Assembly: GCA_050575255.1 (NCBI GenBank) | Contig: JBNZDD010013568.1 | Location: 1,481,243-1,545,242, forward strand | Length of the DNA: 64,000 nucleotides | Direction of reading: 5' to 3' | Origin: Harriotta raleighana | Taxonomy: Eukaryota | Shown: in pieces, positions 12,144 to 23,605 of the stretch | How the letters are laid out: the number at the start of each line of letters is the position of its first letter | How positions within the stretch are numbered: position 1 is the first letter of the stretch | The notes under the pieces: model-generated | Database searches by the model: none | Seen by the model: the letters and a program-made list of their open reading frames with translations, nothing else | What the model was told of the DNA's origin: nothing | Made by a program: the position numbers and the translations under genes

Positions 12144-13351
12144 CCTTAGTCGGAGGGAAACAGAGTCAACTATCACTTAAAACAAAGAGAGAAATCGCCT
12201 CCATATCAGGTTGTATCTGGTGATTCTCGGGCCTTTTATTCATAAGGAATCAGGAACAGACCTTCAGGACTATTACAGGCAATGAAGTACTACATTGGCG
12301 GGAACAGCAGGAGCTGCTAAACTGATTCTTAGAATAATGTCTGCAATTATATTAATATGATTTAACACTGTACAATAAAGAGGCTCATTTGTGGCTCCGA
12401 GCAAGACATTGGCCAGCAGACTTGAGTTATGATCTGTAATGAAGAAAGTGGGATGTTGGTTTAGAATTAAAGGGAGAATGATAAAATAATCACTCTCTCC
12501 GCGCCCGGCTTGCTGTGTGAAGGGGGCTGTTTCCAGGGGCAAGTGACTGTGCAGTGCAGCTAATCCTTGCCTGAAACACAAAGCACTAGCCATTTATCAA
12601 GCCTGTAACGTCAGAATCTCGGAAAGCTCTTCTTGGTGATTACCATTGGGTTGATATCAATGATAACACTGTTACCGTTGATGCCGTTACAGTAACTGGG
12701 CATTTTGTAGGCGGATGTGGCCTGTAAACAACCAAGGACAGAGGGTGGGGGAGTGGTGTCACGCCGATGGAGAGAGCGAGAGCCATTTTGCTTTGCTGCC
12801 TCGAAACTGGTTGTTTTGCTGCTCCGCTGATCTAAGGTTACCCCGGTTGCCTTTCCTCCTGTTGCTTGCTCCATTAATCCTTCATTAATGACCCATAGCC
12901 AATAACACAAGGCTTCAGAAGTGAAATCATGTTCCTAAAGGGCATTTGTATCTCACTGGGGGGGGAATTGAAAATTATCTTAACGTTTTCAGAGGAGACT
13001 AATACCTCATAAACGCTGAGATTTGCAATGTGTTTCTAATGTCTCGATGGTGGTAACTGCAGCCCAGAGAGCAACACTGAGAGCAAAGCACAACTGTTTC
13101 TCCATCTCCCACCTCCCACCTCCTGACTCCCATCCCCTGAATCCGACAGTGATCTCTGACCTCAGCGCTTTCCTAATGCCCTCAGTGACCAGCTCAAAAA
13201 ATCAGATCGCGTGCGTGTCCAGGGGCTCGGTGACCAGCACCCGTGTGCCTGGGACTTGGGCTGATTTTCTCTGTGGAGAACGAGCTGCTGTCTGGCCAAG
13301 TCCAGCGTTTCAATTAAAAGTCACACCCAATGGCCAGCAATTCTCTGACAT

Positions 13352-13406
13352 CCCCCTCCCTCCCTCCCTCCCTTCCCCTCCCTCCCTCCCTCCCTCCCTT
13401 CCCCTC
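13352..13406. repeat. (CCCT)n-like simple repeat
   Basis: ccctccctccctccctcccttcccctccctccctccctccctcccttcccctcc. Confidence 0.85.
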
Positions 13407-13699
13407 CGCAACTCATTCATGCATCGTATCAGTTAGCCATGCCCTTCTGAGCATGATATCCTCTATTTATTTTCATTAGGAATGAACTGAGTGTGGTGGG
13501 GACACAGTGAGTTAATGGGGCTTGACTGACCTTTGCACCACCACCTACTTGGGTCCAGGTCCTCGTTGCTGAAGTGAGGCATGTTCCTTAAATGTGCGAC
13601 CACAGCGACATCTACAGGCCATGACTCGAATGGCAGCCTCCATTCTGTTGGGTTTATTCTGCAAATTCGCCCAAAGGACATTGATTGAGAATAATGTCC

Positions 13700-13930
13700 T
13701 TAATAATAATACTACTGCTGCCATTCTTGCATTTGATAGAGTGCCTCATCACGTCGTTGAGGTACCTCAGCAGTACTTCACAGAGATGTAAAGCTGTGAA
13801 GCGCAGTGACTATAATATCCCACAAACAGCCCATGGAGTTAGCGACCAATTATATTTGGGGGATTGAAGGGAGAGAAACTCCCCTCACTTTTCGACTCCA
13901 GGTAGGGCGAAACCTCGGGCGAGTTGCCTG
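13700..13930 (-). mobile_element. Deu-domain SINE 3' half
   Basis: (taa)n...cttgcatttgatagagtgcctcatcacgtc...tcccacaaacagcc. Confidence 0.65.
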
Positions 13931-14130
13931 ATAATAATCCCTCAAAGAAAAATAATAAATTGGTCATTCAATCCACGCCTGTTTGTGGGACACTGCATTT
14001 GCCTGCCGCGTTTTCGCCCACAAATATACAGTTAATTCATTTGACAGTACATGCTGCGAAGCGTTTTGAAATGTCTAGAAGACGTGAAAAGTGCTAGATC
14101 CAAATGTAAGGATCATTATTGTTATTATTA
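13931..14130 (+). mobile_element. Young Deu-domain SINE 3' half
   Basis: aataatccct...ggtcattcaatccacgcctgtttgtgggacactg...gacgtgaaaagtgct...aatgtaaggatcattatt; reverse complement of the copy at 63785-64000. Confidence 0.8.
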
Positions 14131-14436
14131 TGTTTTTAATTGCGGTCTTTAAAAAGTAATAAACGGAGAAGTTTTGCCCTCTGACCACAGTGATCACAGA
14201 GGATGGTGAGAGATTCAGCCAGACACAGTATGTTTGTGTGCTAGGATGACAAGCAGCCAAACTACTTTCTTAAGACAAGCAAACTCAGGGATCAGTGTGT
14301 CTCACACAGCAGCTGGAAAGCGATCAAATGTACTTTGCTTTAGATTGTAGGCTGTTAGTTGCACATTGCTATCCACGAATTGGACGGACTTCTCTTCCTA
14401 CGGATGGGATGGGAGCCCACATTCTTTCAGCTCCAA

Positions 14437-14730
14437 CAGAAATGCAAAATACTGCGGATACTGAAAATCTGAGACAAAAACACAAGTCGCTGGAAAAACT
14501 CAGCGGGTCAGGCAGCATCTGTGGAGAGAAAGGAAAAGTGAGTTAAGCACTCTGAGATGCCGTTCGGTGTGGAGGGCGTCATATAAATCGAAGTTGTTGT
14601 TGTTGTTGTTGTTTCGGATCTACGACCCTTCAGGGCAGCATCTATGGAGAACGGAAAAGAGAGTCGACATTTCGGGTCCACGATGCTGCCTGACCTGCTG
14701 AGTTTTCCCAGCGATTTCTGTTGGTGTTTC
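14437..14730. mobile_element. Penelope-like (pLTR-derived) repeat with direct and inverted copies, interrupted by an L2-type tail
   Basis: aaatactgcggatactg...ctcagcgggtcaggcagcatctgtggagag...gatgctgcctgacctgctgagttttcccagc; homologous to 15225-15325 and 58441-58655. Confidence 0.65.
14547..14610 (+). mobile_element. Short (GTT)n-tailed L2-type 3' end nested in the Penelope-like repeat
   Basis: gcactctgagatgccgttcggtgtggagggcgtcatataaatcgaa(gtt)n splits gagttaa|gtttcgg. Confidence 0.75.
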
Positions 14731-15224
14731 TTCCATCCCCCCCGTGTCATCTGCTCTGTCCCACGATTCTATCTGAAATTCAAACACAAAAAAAAATCAT
14801 CTCTTATTGAAAGCTCCAAACCGTCAATCATGCCCTTTGTGCATTGAGAGACTCAGCCTTGGGCTCAACTTGCAGTGATGCGTTTAATGATCTCATTTAT
14901 ATGAAGGAGGATTAGTTGGTAGAAATGTAATCTTCCCGAACATGGAGTCCAGAGTCTACAGTTTGTGCAAATTTAATTGTTAATTAATCTGATTCTGATC
15001 AGACGCTTATTTTTTAGCAAAGCTAATAGCTCCCTGATTGTGTGATGAGTGGGGCCAGCTGTTAGATCAGACTGCAGGGGTGAGGTTGCTATCCCACAGG
15101 TTTCTCAATAACACTCAGAAGAAAAGGCAGATTGTCAGGAGCATGTACTGTGTAACTGAAGGCCAGTGAGCAGCAAAGTGAAACTGACTGACTGGGTCAG
15201 CCTAGCTTCAGGGACCTTTCACCT

Positions 15225-15325
15225 CAGACAAAAACAGAAAAGGCTGGGAACACTCAGCAGATCAGGCAGCACCTATAGAGAGAGAAAAAGTGAGTCAACG
15301 TTTTGGGTCCACAACCCTTTACCTG
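15225..15325. mobile_element. Penelope-like repeat, single arm
   Basis: ggctgggaacactcagcagatcaggcagcacctatagagagagaaaaagtgagtcaacgttttgggtccacaaccctt. Confidence 0.65.
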
Positions 15326-15548
15326 AGCTTTGTTCTCCCTTTCATCGTGCAGCTCCTATCATTATTTACTCTCCTCTTGTTTCCTTCTCTCTCTCACTGC
15401 CCATCTCTCTCCCCTCTATCCCGCTCTCTCTCCCCTCTATCCCGCTCCCTCTCACCCGCACCTCTCTCATTCCTCTTTTCTCCTGCTTTATTCTTTGTGT
15501 CTCTCCCTTTATTCTTCCACCCTCCCCCACCTTTCATAATAATAAGAT

Positions 15549-15812
15549 TTATAATAATCCTTGCAATTGATACAGCACTTTTCACGTGTTCTAGACGACT
15601 CAAAGCGCTCCACAGAATATACTGTAAAGAGAATTGACTGTACAGTTGTGGGAGAAACGCAGCAGCCGATTGTGCACAGCAGTGTTCCACAAACAATTTA
15701 TCATCAGGTTGTGTGGAGTAAGGAAATTTGCCCAAGGTTTCAAACCTGCCGGGAAGTGAACCCAGGTTTCTGTCTTGCGAGGCGAATACTCTAACCACTG
15801 AGCTACCCGACT
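15549..15812 (-). mobile_element. Young tRNA-headed Deu-domain SINE with internal deletion
   Basis: The minus strand has box A gtagctcagtggttagag, box B gggttcacttccc, core tgtttgtggaacactgctgtgcacaatcggctgc, and tail aaggattattat. Confidence 0.85.
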
Positions 15813-15930
15813 CCACACTCTCTCTCTCTCTCTTCATACCNTGCCGGGAAGTGAACCCAGGTTTCTGTCTTGCGAGGCGAATACTCTAACCGCTGAGCTA
15901 CCCGACTCCACACTCTCTCTCTCTCTCTCT
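15747..15930. repeat. Duplication of about 85 bp across the N at 15841 (SINE head plus CT repeat); probable assembly overlap
   Basis: tgccgggaagtgaaccc...ccacactctctc at 15747 and 15842, one SNP (accactgag/accgctgag). Confidence 0.8.
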
Positions 15931-16614
15931 GCCACACTCTCTCTCTCTCTCATCTCTCTCTCAATCCCTGTCTTTTTGCCTCAGACTCTTCAGTTAAGTT
16001 TCTCCGGTTTTAATGTCACAAAATCCAAGCTATTAAATGCTTCGGTAGCTTGTTATCTTATCCAGTGCCTTACATAAAGGCAGTGGGTGGGGGTGGTTTG
16101 TCGCAGCATTAAAGATCAATTAATAAGCAACAATGGTACTTGTGTACTGTTACAAGCCCGAGGAGCCCCTGGAAAGCTGAGAGACTTAACCTTTAGTCTG
16201 ATCCGTGAGACATTTGGTTTTCCTTTAAATAAGCACAATGTGTGTTAAGCATATTCATTTATCCTCTCTTCAGCACTGACTGCTGGAAGTATTTGAAAGT
16301 GGAGTCAATTGTGAGCAATTTCAATCCACCAGCGAGGACGGAGGAAATCAATTTGCTCCCTGCACACAGCACACTGCAGTTTCAGGCAGCTGCGAATATG
16401 GAGCAAATTGGGATCTACAGCTGGAGTGTAAATGGAGTTGCATTGCTTTTAAACAGCGTAACCTCTGAATTGCAGGTATATTAACCCTACACTTCATGTC
16501 ACTGCGTAGTTAAAGGGGGGCAGGGTCACTGTGTTAATAAAGGGGCAGTCTTACTGTATTGATAACACTCTTGTTAAAGGGATAGAGTCACCATTCATTT
16601 CTTCTCCACCACCT

Positions 16615-16761
16615 CTCCTATCAGCTCCGCCTTCCTGGTTCTGCCCTTGTTCCTCCCTTTCCCATCGTCGCCAACTTGTATCCGCAAACGGCTTCTCCTC
16701 CAGCCCTTGCACTGTCACAGATGATGTTCCTCGGGGCTCTGTCCTCAGTCCTCTCCTCTTT
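16615..16761 (+). mobile_element. L2 LINE reverse-transcriptase fragment
   Basis: SWFCPCSSLSHRRQLVSANGFSSSPCTVTDDVPRGSVLSPLLF matches WF.SYLS.R.Q.V......S....V..GVPQGSVLGPLLF. Confidence 0.85.
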
Positions 16762-16765
16762 AATA

Positions 16766-16905
16766 CAGTAGAAGCCGCATTAATCGGATGTCAGTTAACC
16801 TCAACTGCCGGGTAAATTGGACAAAACGCCCGGCCCTGATTCATTTGAAAGGCTACCCATTTATACACGCCGGTTAATTTGTACACCGATCCGGTTAATC
16901 CAGGT
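16766..16905. mobile_element. Probable Tc1/mariner (Tigger/pogo-like) DNA transposon end
   Basis: TA|CAGTAGAAGCCGCATTAATCGGA starts immediately after the L2 fragment, with repeated ccggttaat subterminal motifs. No second TIR seen. Confidence 0.45.
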
Positions 16906-17727
16906 GGAATCCCACTCTGGTCCTTGCTGACTGGACTCAGTTGCTGTGTCTCGCTCACCCCAGCTACATTCAGCAACGAGTGTCTGCCTGCCCTCCATCC
17001 CTCTCGAGTCCAACCCCCAGCTCAGGTTCCAACTCTGCCCAGTCCGTCGCTTGGGATTTTTTTTCCCGACGTGTAAAATGTGTATCTCTATGAATGTAAT
17101 TTGCTGTCGCTGTTATTAGTAGAGAAGCCTCACTGTCGATAGAGCTGTGCCCCTAATTCATGCAAAACCCCTTGGAAAATATGCTCCAGTAAACTTTAAA
17201 GACTGCAATGCCTCTAAACTGCCATGTCTCCTTTCCTGACATATACGAGAAGAATATTGCACAGGATAAAGGTTTAATTTGTATTATATGGAAACTACAT
17301 GCAGCTTTATGAAAAGGATGAAGTATTTTAACAGGGGCTTGTTAAATATATTTTCTTGTTTGAAACTTTGAGATGCAGTCTAGACAGACCATTTTAAAAA
17401 GAATACAAGCTCATTAATGCTTCACCAAATAGACCCAGAGGCAGCTGCTCACGTGTTTACAATGATCATTTCAAGATGTGATTCTTGTTTCATGACCTGC
17501 TGATGTGCGGCCTGTTTAAATGGGACGTTAGTCACTGCACAAACAGGTAAAATTACATTTTATGCGTTTCAGATATTGAAAAATGTCCCCAGTACTTACA
17601 AAGTGCTCACTTCAAACTCCAAATTTCGATTGAGTCCAGTAAAAACCTGGGGTGACATTTACAGCCATAACCTTATCGTTTATTATCAATGCGAATATAT
17701 ACCTGTTTCTGCTGTATGTGTAATTGC

Positions 17728-17887
17728 GGTGTGTGTGCGTTTGTTTGGGCAGTGTCTGTGTGTGTGTGGGGGGGGGTGTAGTGTGTGTGTGTGTTGTGTT
17801 TGGGCAGTGTGTGTGTGTGTGTGTGTGTGGGCAGTATGTATGTTTGGGCAGTGTGTGTAGGCGCACGCGTGTGTTTGGGCTGTGTGT
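17728..17887. repeat. Compound (TG)n microsatellite with interspersed TTTGGGCAGT units
   Basis: TG runs separated by 4-5 copies of (ttt)gggcagtg. Confidence 0.85.
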
Positions 17888-19585
17888 TCTCCACAAGACG
17901 TGGACAAAAAGAGTGAGACAGGAAGCGAGGAACGCAGGTATCTGCAGGTATCTGCTGAAAAACGCGAGTAGTTGGAAACCCCTGACAATACGCTCCCCTC
18001 CTCTGGCAGATAGCTTTCTCATTAACGACTGGCTGGCTTGGCAGCCGAGCAGAGGCTGGGAGATTGAGTGTGTGGCTGAGACACACTATGCTGTGCTTTG
18101 TTGCTGAGGTTCCAGGCCTGCTCTGCTGTACGAGCTGCCAATCATGAGAGACACAGTCAGTGTGTCCTATACAATACGTTCTCTCTATTAAACTGGGCTT
18201 TCTGAAGAGACAACCCAATGCTGAATCTTAGCTAAACATGCTGAGAATGAAGTCAATCAGTGAGCTGCATTTCCCGCACATCATAACCTGCTCACATTGA
18301 TTTGAGGGAACACAAAGACTTTGACTGCCCGCGAATGCTCGGTTGTGGATCTGTGGCCTGTGTGTGGGGAAACCGGAGAAGGCATCCGCAGCCTCCATTT
18401 ACACTGTCCGTTGCCACGTCTCCCAAAGCCGCAAGTGGTTTGCGGCCAAGCTGGCAGTTGTTGAATGAGCAGAAATGTTGCTGAGAGCAGCCACGCCTGT
18501 GCTGGTCTGGCCAAGATCAGCAAAGCTGCCTCATTGCTGCTTGTGGGGGGATTAAATTTCTATTGCTTGTAAATAAGACGAGTATTCTCTTAGCGTTGTG
18601 CTTTAATCAGCAGTGTCAGTGTGTAACAAGACGCTGGCGGATCCTGCTTTCTGAGTGCTGGCGAGGGGACAGAAACCTGCCCGTGGTGTCTGCTCATTAA
18701 AGAGCGAGCAACCGCCTGTGGTTTGACTATTTCATTAGTGCCTGGGGAGGAACACAGCAATAATCCCTGTAGCTATAAAGTTCCATCTTCAGTTACCAGT
18801 TCATTTGTGAAAAGTCGTCACTAGAGGAGTGCATTATTCATCGTTCGCCTCTCTCCACGGAGGTCTCTGTGACCCTTTTCACGTCAATATGTCAAACCCA
18901 ACAAATGTGCCTCTCAATCCCGAATCAGTCCTTATTTAACATCCCAGGTGCGTGTGTCACAACACACCGATTCGGAGCGCCCGGACGATGGCCTGGATCG
19001 AGCTGTTTAACTGGACAATCTTTAGAAAGGAAAAAGAAAAGTTGACAGTTAGTTGAACTATTCCAACAATTCAGTTCAACACAGGGATTCCTTAGTCTCC
19101 GTTGCGTTACCTCACTCCGGCATCTCATTTCAAAGCCAAGGCACCCCTTCCCGCCTCTTCCTAGTGCTCTGGGAATTATCCCAAGTGTGTGAATGGCTTT
19201 TGTACATGCGCTGAGCACTCAGTGCTTGAGTATATAGTTTTTAAGGGGGAACATCCTTTTTATGCTGCTGGTCTGACTCAATTGCTCGAACTCTCACTTC
19301 AGAACGTTGCGGTTTAACGCCTGACGATGGGCTTTTGGGCCCACCATCAGGCCGACCCCCCCCCCCCTGTGCAGATGTGAAACTTCTGTGGTTGTGCCTC
19401 CCATATTGGCTTTCGCTTTTGGTGAACATTAGCTCTGGACATAAAGAACTCTGCCCCTAAAGCGCTAACAACAGCAGGAATCCACAGGGAAATCCCATTA
19501 CATGGCAGTGGTCTGGGTTTAATATTTTCTGGTGTATCACTTCCCTGTGCAGTTACTAAATGTGACCGTTATAATTTGTGCTACT

Positions 19586-19715
19586 ATAAGAAAATAAGAA
19601 TTAGGAGCAGGAATAGGATGTTCGAGCCTGCCCCGCCATTCAATAAGATCACGGCTGATCTTCTGACCTAACTCTAATTACCTGTCCTATCCCCATATCC
19701 CCTGATCCCTCTATT
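19586..19715 (-). mobile_element. Shark-type CR1 LINE 3' end
   Basis: ataagaaaataagaattaggagcaggaatagg...ttcgagcctgccccgccattcaataagatcacggctgatc, the characteristic chondrichthyan CR1 terminus in reverse. Confidence 0.8.
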
Positions 19716-21416
19716 TAAAAAAATAATAATTCTGTTAATTATATTACTGTTAATTATATTATTTTACTGTATTATTGATGTAGATGGGTTCAGTAACCCT
19801 TCAATTCCTGATCTATCCGCCTCACAGCCATCTCTCTGTTTTCTTTCCATAACAGGGGCCCTCAAACCATATGTAATAACAGAGATAGATTTAAGAGTTC
19901 CACGCCTGAGTTAGTGGGGAAACTGTTGGGTGCATCATATATTTAACTTGAACCTTTAGACCTGACAGAAAGTATCAAATGTTGTGAAAAATCTAATATT
20001 TCCCACTTTGGTTTTGTCTAGTTTTGTGGTCAATTTGGGGGAAAATGGATGAAGGATTGTGCTGGGATGTACAGTACTATAAAACTGATCAGGTGTGAAC
20101 TCTGTTGTTTTATTAAAGCTTAAAGCTATTCATCCTTTTCAGTAGAAAGCTCAGATTGTGTTTCAGTAACAGTAAACCAGCTATCTCCTATCCTTCTATT
20201 GCTAGGCGCTGCTTACTGTGCCTGATAAACGTTGGAAGAAAATTGGCTCGTTTGATGCAAAAAGGGGCGAAGCTTTGTGTTTGAAACTAGCAGAGGGCAG
20301 AGGATGAGGTTCAGGGTAGGCCTGTCTCATGGGATATCTGCAGTGCTGTTAAACAGCCCTAAATTGAGTGTGAAATGGTGTTCAGGAGTTAATGGAACAG
20401 CAGCTTTCCCCAGAGGAACGATTAAGTTAACATTTCACAACACATTAAGTTGCAAAGAAGGGCATAGAATTTCCAGGTAACCAACTGCAAAATACCTCCT
20501 AATAAACCAGCAGGAACGTGCAGAATTATGTGCTGTGTTGTAACGAGTCAGGGATCCCAGGGGTATAGGACGAGGCCTCACATTAGCTGGTAGTACAAGC
20601 AATCGGCAGTGGACTAATTCTCCCAGGATAAAAGCAAACCCAAGTATGAGGGCAGGATTTCAAAGTGCTGACAATATTTCTGTTTATTAATGTTATCAGA
20701 ATCAGATTGTTGCTGAATAATTGCTCCCACTCTATTCACTGTATTGATCCCAGAAATGCAAGGTCACAAAAGTCTCAGATGAAGCCCATTTCAGTCCATT
20801 TAACCTCATGCTTCCACAATAGCGAGCAATGCAGCACTGAGCCCTTTGTAATGGGTAATTTCCGAGTAAAGAAATATGTATGGTGTCCGTGCTGATGTTC
20901 TCTACCACCCACTGGCCCTCGAGATCTTGCTCTGCGCCCTGGGTAATCACAGACTACCCAGATATACTGTAACTACTGCATTGTGGATGAATGTGCATTT
21001 ACTGATGTCTTGACGTCTGTATTGTTCATTCCCTGACATCACAGAATCCTCTGTATTGTCACTCATTAACCTGTGAAAATCAATGGTTATTCAAAATTGA
21101 GTTCGTCCAACAACTTAAACTGGGGCGAAGAGAGTAGATACAAGAGAGAACTAATTAGAACCACATAATCAGATGTAAATAAATATTATCATTTAGCTCC
21201 ATTCTCTTACTGTACGTTGTGGGTATCTGATGGCAAGCTGACAGCCTGCCCCCCCCCGGTGTCTGGGCTGCTGATCGTTCTGTATAACTTGCCGGGTTAA
21301 GAACCTGAAAGGATCTGTTCACTTAATTGTTTTTCAAAACCAATTCTCTTTCCCACTTTCTCATTCCTGAATCACCTGAATTGTTGTGATCTTTGCAATC
21401 TTGCTCCTCCCCTTCC

Positions 21417-21423
21417 GTGTGTG

Positions 21424-21458
<35 letters not shown>

Positions 21459-21555
21459 CCGCCCCTGCCTCTCTACCCTTGTCTGTCTCTCCCTCTGCCT
21501 CTCGCTCCCTCTTCCTCTCTCTCCCGCTGTGTGTCTCTCTCTCTCTCTCTCTCCC
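21417..21555. repeat. (CT)n/(GT)n compound microsatellite
   Basis: Read directly from the sequence; explains the overlapping RE/SL ORFs. Confidence 0.9.
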
Positions 21556-22254
21556 CACGTTCCACTGGGGTTACCCGAAATGGGAGCCAAACCCATTGGA
21601 TAATATGCCGACCTCCCACGCTGCGGGAGCCCAACCACAAATTAATTTTATTCATACCCTATAACGGTGAGATCCTCTGTGCAGGTTGAATCTGTGAGCC
21701 CGCCCCATGGGGCTGTTTTGAAATCGTGATGCTTCACCTCTCAGCACGCAGCACAGTCTATCGAATCGGCCAAGGCAGTTAATTAAAATTCTGCCCCGGT
21801 GCTTACGAAAGTTGCCTTTTTTTTTGTGTGTGTGTGTGTGTATGCAGCTTCCTCGTCGACTTCATTCCAATTAAGCCTCTCACCTCTGTGTGACTAATAG
21901 CTGTGAGAAGCAGTCTTCGGTCTTCAGTCTCGACTCATGTGGGGGACCTCCCAGGGAAGACACTCCCAGATTAATAAATAAATTAAAACCCAATCAACTG
22001 CAGAGCAATTCTTTAATTAACAACACATAAAAGCTGGTGTAGTTTACTCACAGCGCCATGCATTTATTATATGTAAAAATAATAGTAAATAATTCACAGA
22101 TAGTAAATGATGTAGGGCTTAGTAATGGTGCCACGGAGGGAGGTTCTGGCCTGGGGGAGACAGCCTCTTCCTCACAAGGCATTGGTCGATGAGTAACAGG
22201 TTTTGCCCACAGTTATAACATCTACAGCAGCTTCTCATGAGTTTACAAACATTT

Positions 22255-22340
22255 ATAATAATAATAATAATAATAATCCTTGCATTTGCGATTATATCAG
22301 GAGGACGTCTCAAAGTACTTTACAGAATTTACTGTGAAAG
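22255..22340 (-). mobile_element. SINE 3' tail
   Basis: (taa)n-tccttgcatttg...gacgtctcaaagtactttacagaat. Confidence 0.7.
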
Positions 22341-23499
22341 TGTCATGTTTCCGAGCGTAGCATTCTCGATGTTGTCCTACAGGCGAGTGTAGTGAGGGTC
22401 TGAAGTAACTGAACTGAAAATGTCGATCATGGTAAATTGTCTCTAAATCAAATGTCTGAGCTTCAGCTTTTCATAATAATAACAACCCTTTAATAAAGCG
22501 CCTTATCATACTGTTGAGGTGTCTCAGAACGCTTCACAGCAAATATGGCACGGTGAATTAATTGACTGTGCAGTATTTTATGTGGGTAACGGTTCGAGTG
22601 TGTACTGAATCGCGGAGCTCAGCCAGGGCAATAGGTGTGGCTTTACAATCGATTCTTGGGTTACAGAGAGGGAATGACTCCCGGGACCCTCCTCCACCTC
22701 CTCCACCACCCCCCCCCCCCCACCCCCTCCCCCACCGTGATCTGACTGTGACTCCTGGGTCCAATTCTCCCTGAAATGGCTTCCTCTGTGAGCGACTGGA
22801 CTGGAATTCTCTACCTTGCATCTCAGCGTCGTCATTCGCCTTTCCAAAGGAAGCCGAGCCCTTTTCCCTTCCTCAACAAAGCAGCAGGGAACGAGAGCGC
22901 GCGCTAAAACATATTGCTTTGATGATTTTTAGATTCCGAAGCTACCTTGCTGCTGAGCTCCCAGCTGCTCAGCTGCCCACCCTCCTCCCCCCCGATGTGT
23001 GGTGGTTGACAGCCCTGAATGTAAACCGAGAGCTTCAATAAAAAGGAAGGTCTGGAATGTAATAGAAACGCCAACTTCTGATCCATCCGAATTGGTAGCG
23101 CTTGAGAGATTGGACATGATTGTTTACATTCTAAATTCTTTTAAGTACATTATAAAGCATTGAAGCAGAAATGTGACACTACTGAATTAGTTACCATGTA
23201 CAGATGTTGGCAGGCAGCCAAGGCATTGCACACACTCCTGGGAGGGCTGTTCCTTTATAAATTTGTAAAACTTTGTGTTGTCTGGCGTTGGATGAGAAAT
23301 GAATGCAGCATTAAAAAGGTTAATAGCCACTGACACTGAGTCACAACAGGGAAAGATCGCAAGCGTTGAAATGGCAGGGACACCTTGATGTTGGTCGGTG
23401 AGTTGTCAGAAGCAGCAATGGCTCCAGTTTAATCCTGACGTGCGAGTGCCCAGAGCTAACTGGCTGTGTCTCTTGTGCCCTATGTTTTGCCCACAAAAT

Positions 23500-23605
23500 A
23501 CACAATACAAATCCATTTTCTACTATATTCTGTGAAGCGCTTTCAGACATCTCAGCGCCATGATAAGGCGCTCTATCAAATGCAAGGATTATTTTATAAT
23601 TATTA
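23500..23605 (+). mobile_element. SINE 3' tail
   Basis: tattctgtgaagcgctttcagacatct...gcgctctatcaaatgcaaggattatt. Confidence 0.75.

Noticed and set aside
15745-15812. tRNA-like sequences here and at about 60495-60552
   Set aside because: SINE heads fused to SINE bodies, with no convincing acceptor stem; not tRNA genes.
17576-18218. Cluster of long overlapping ORFs (also 15166-15837 and 21361-21689)
   Set aside because: Stop-free frames caused by TG/CT microsatellites.
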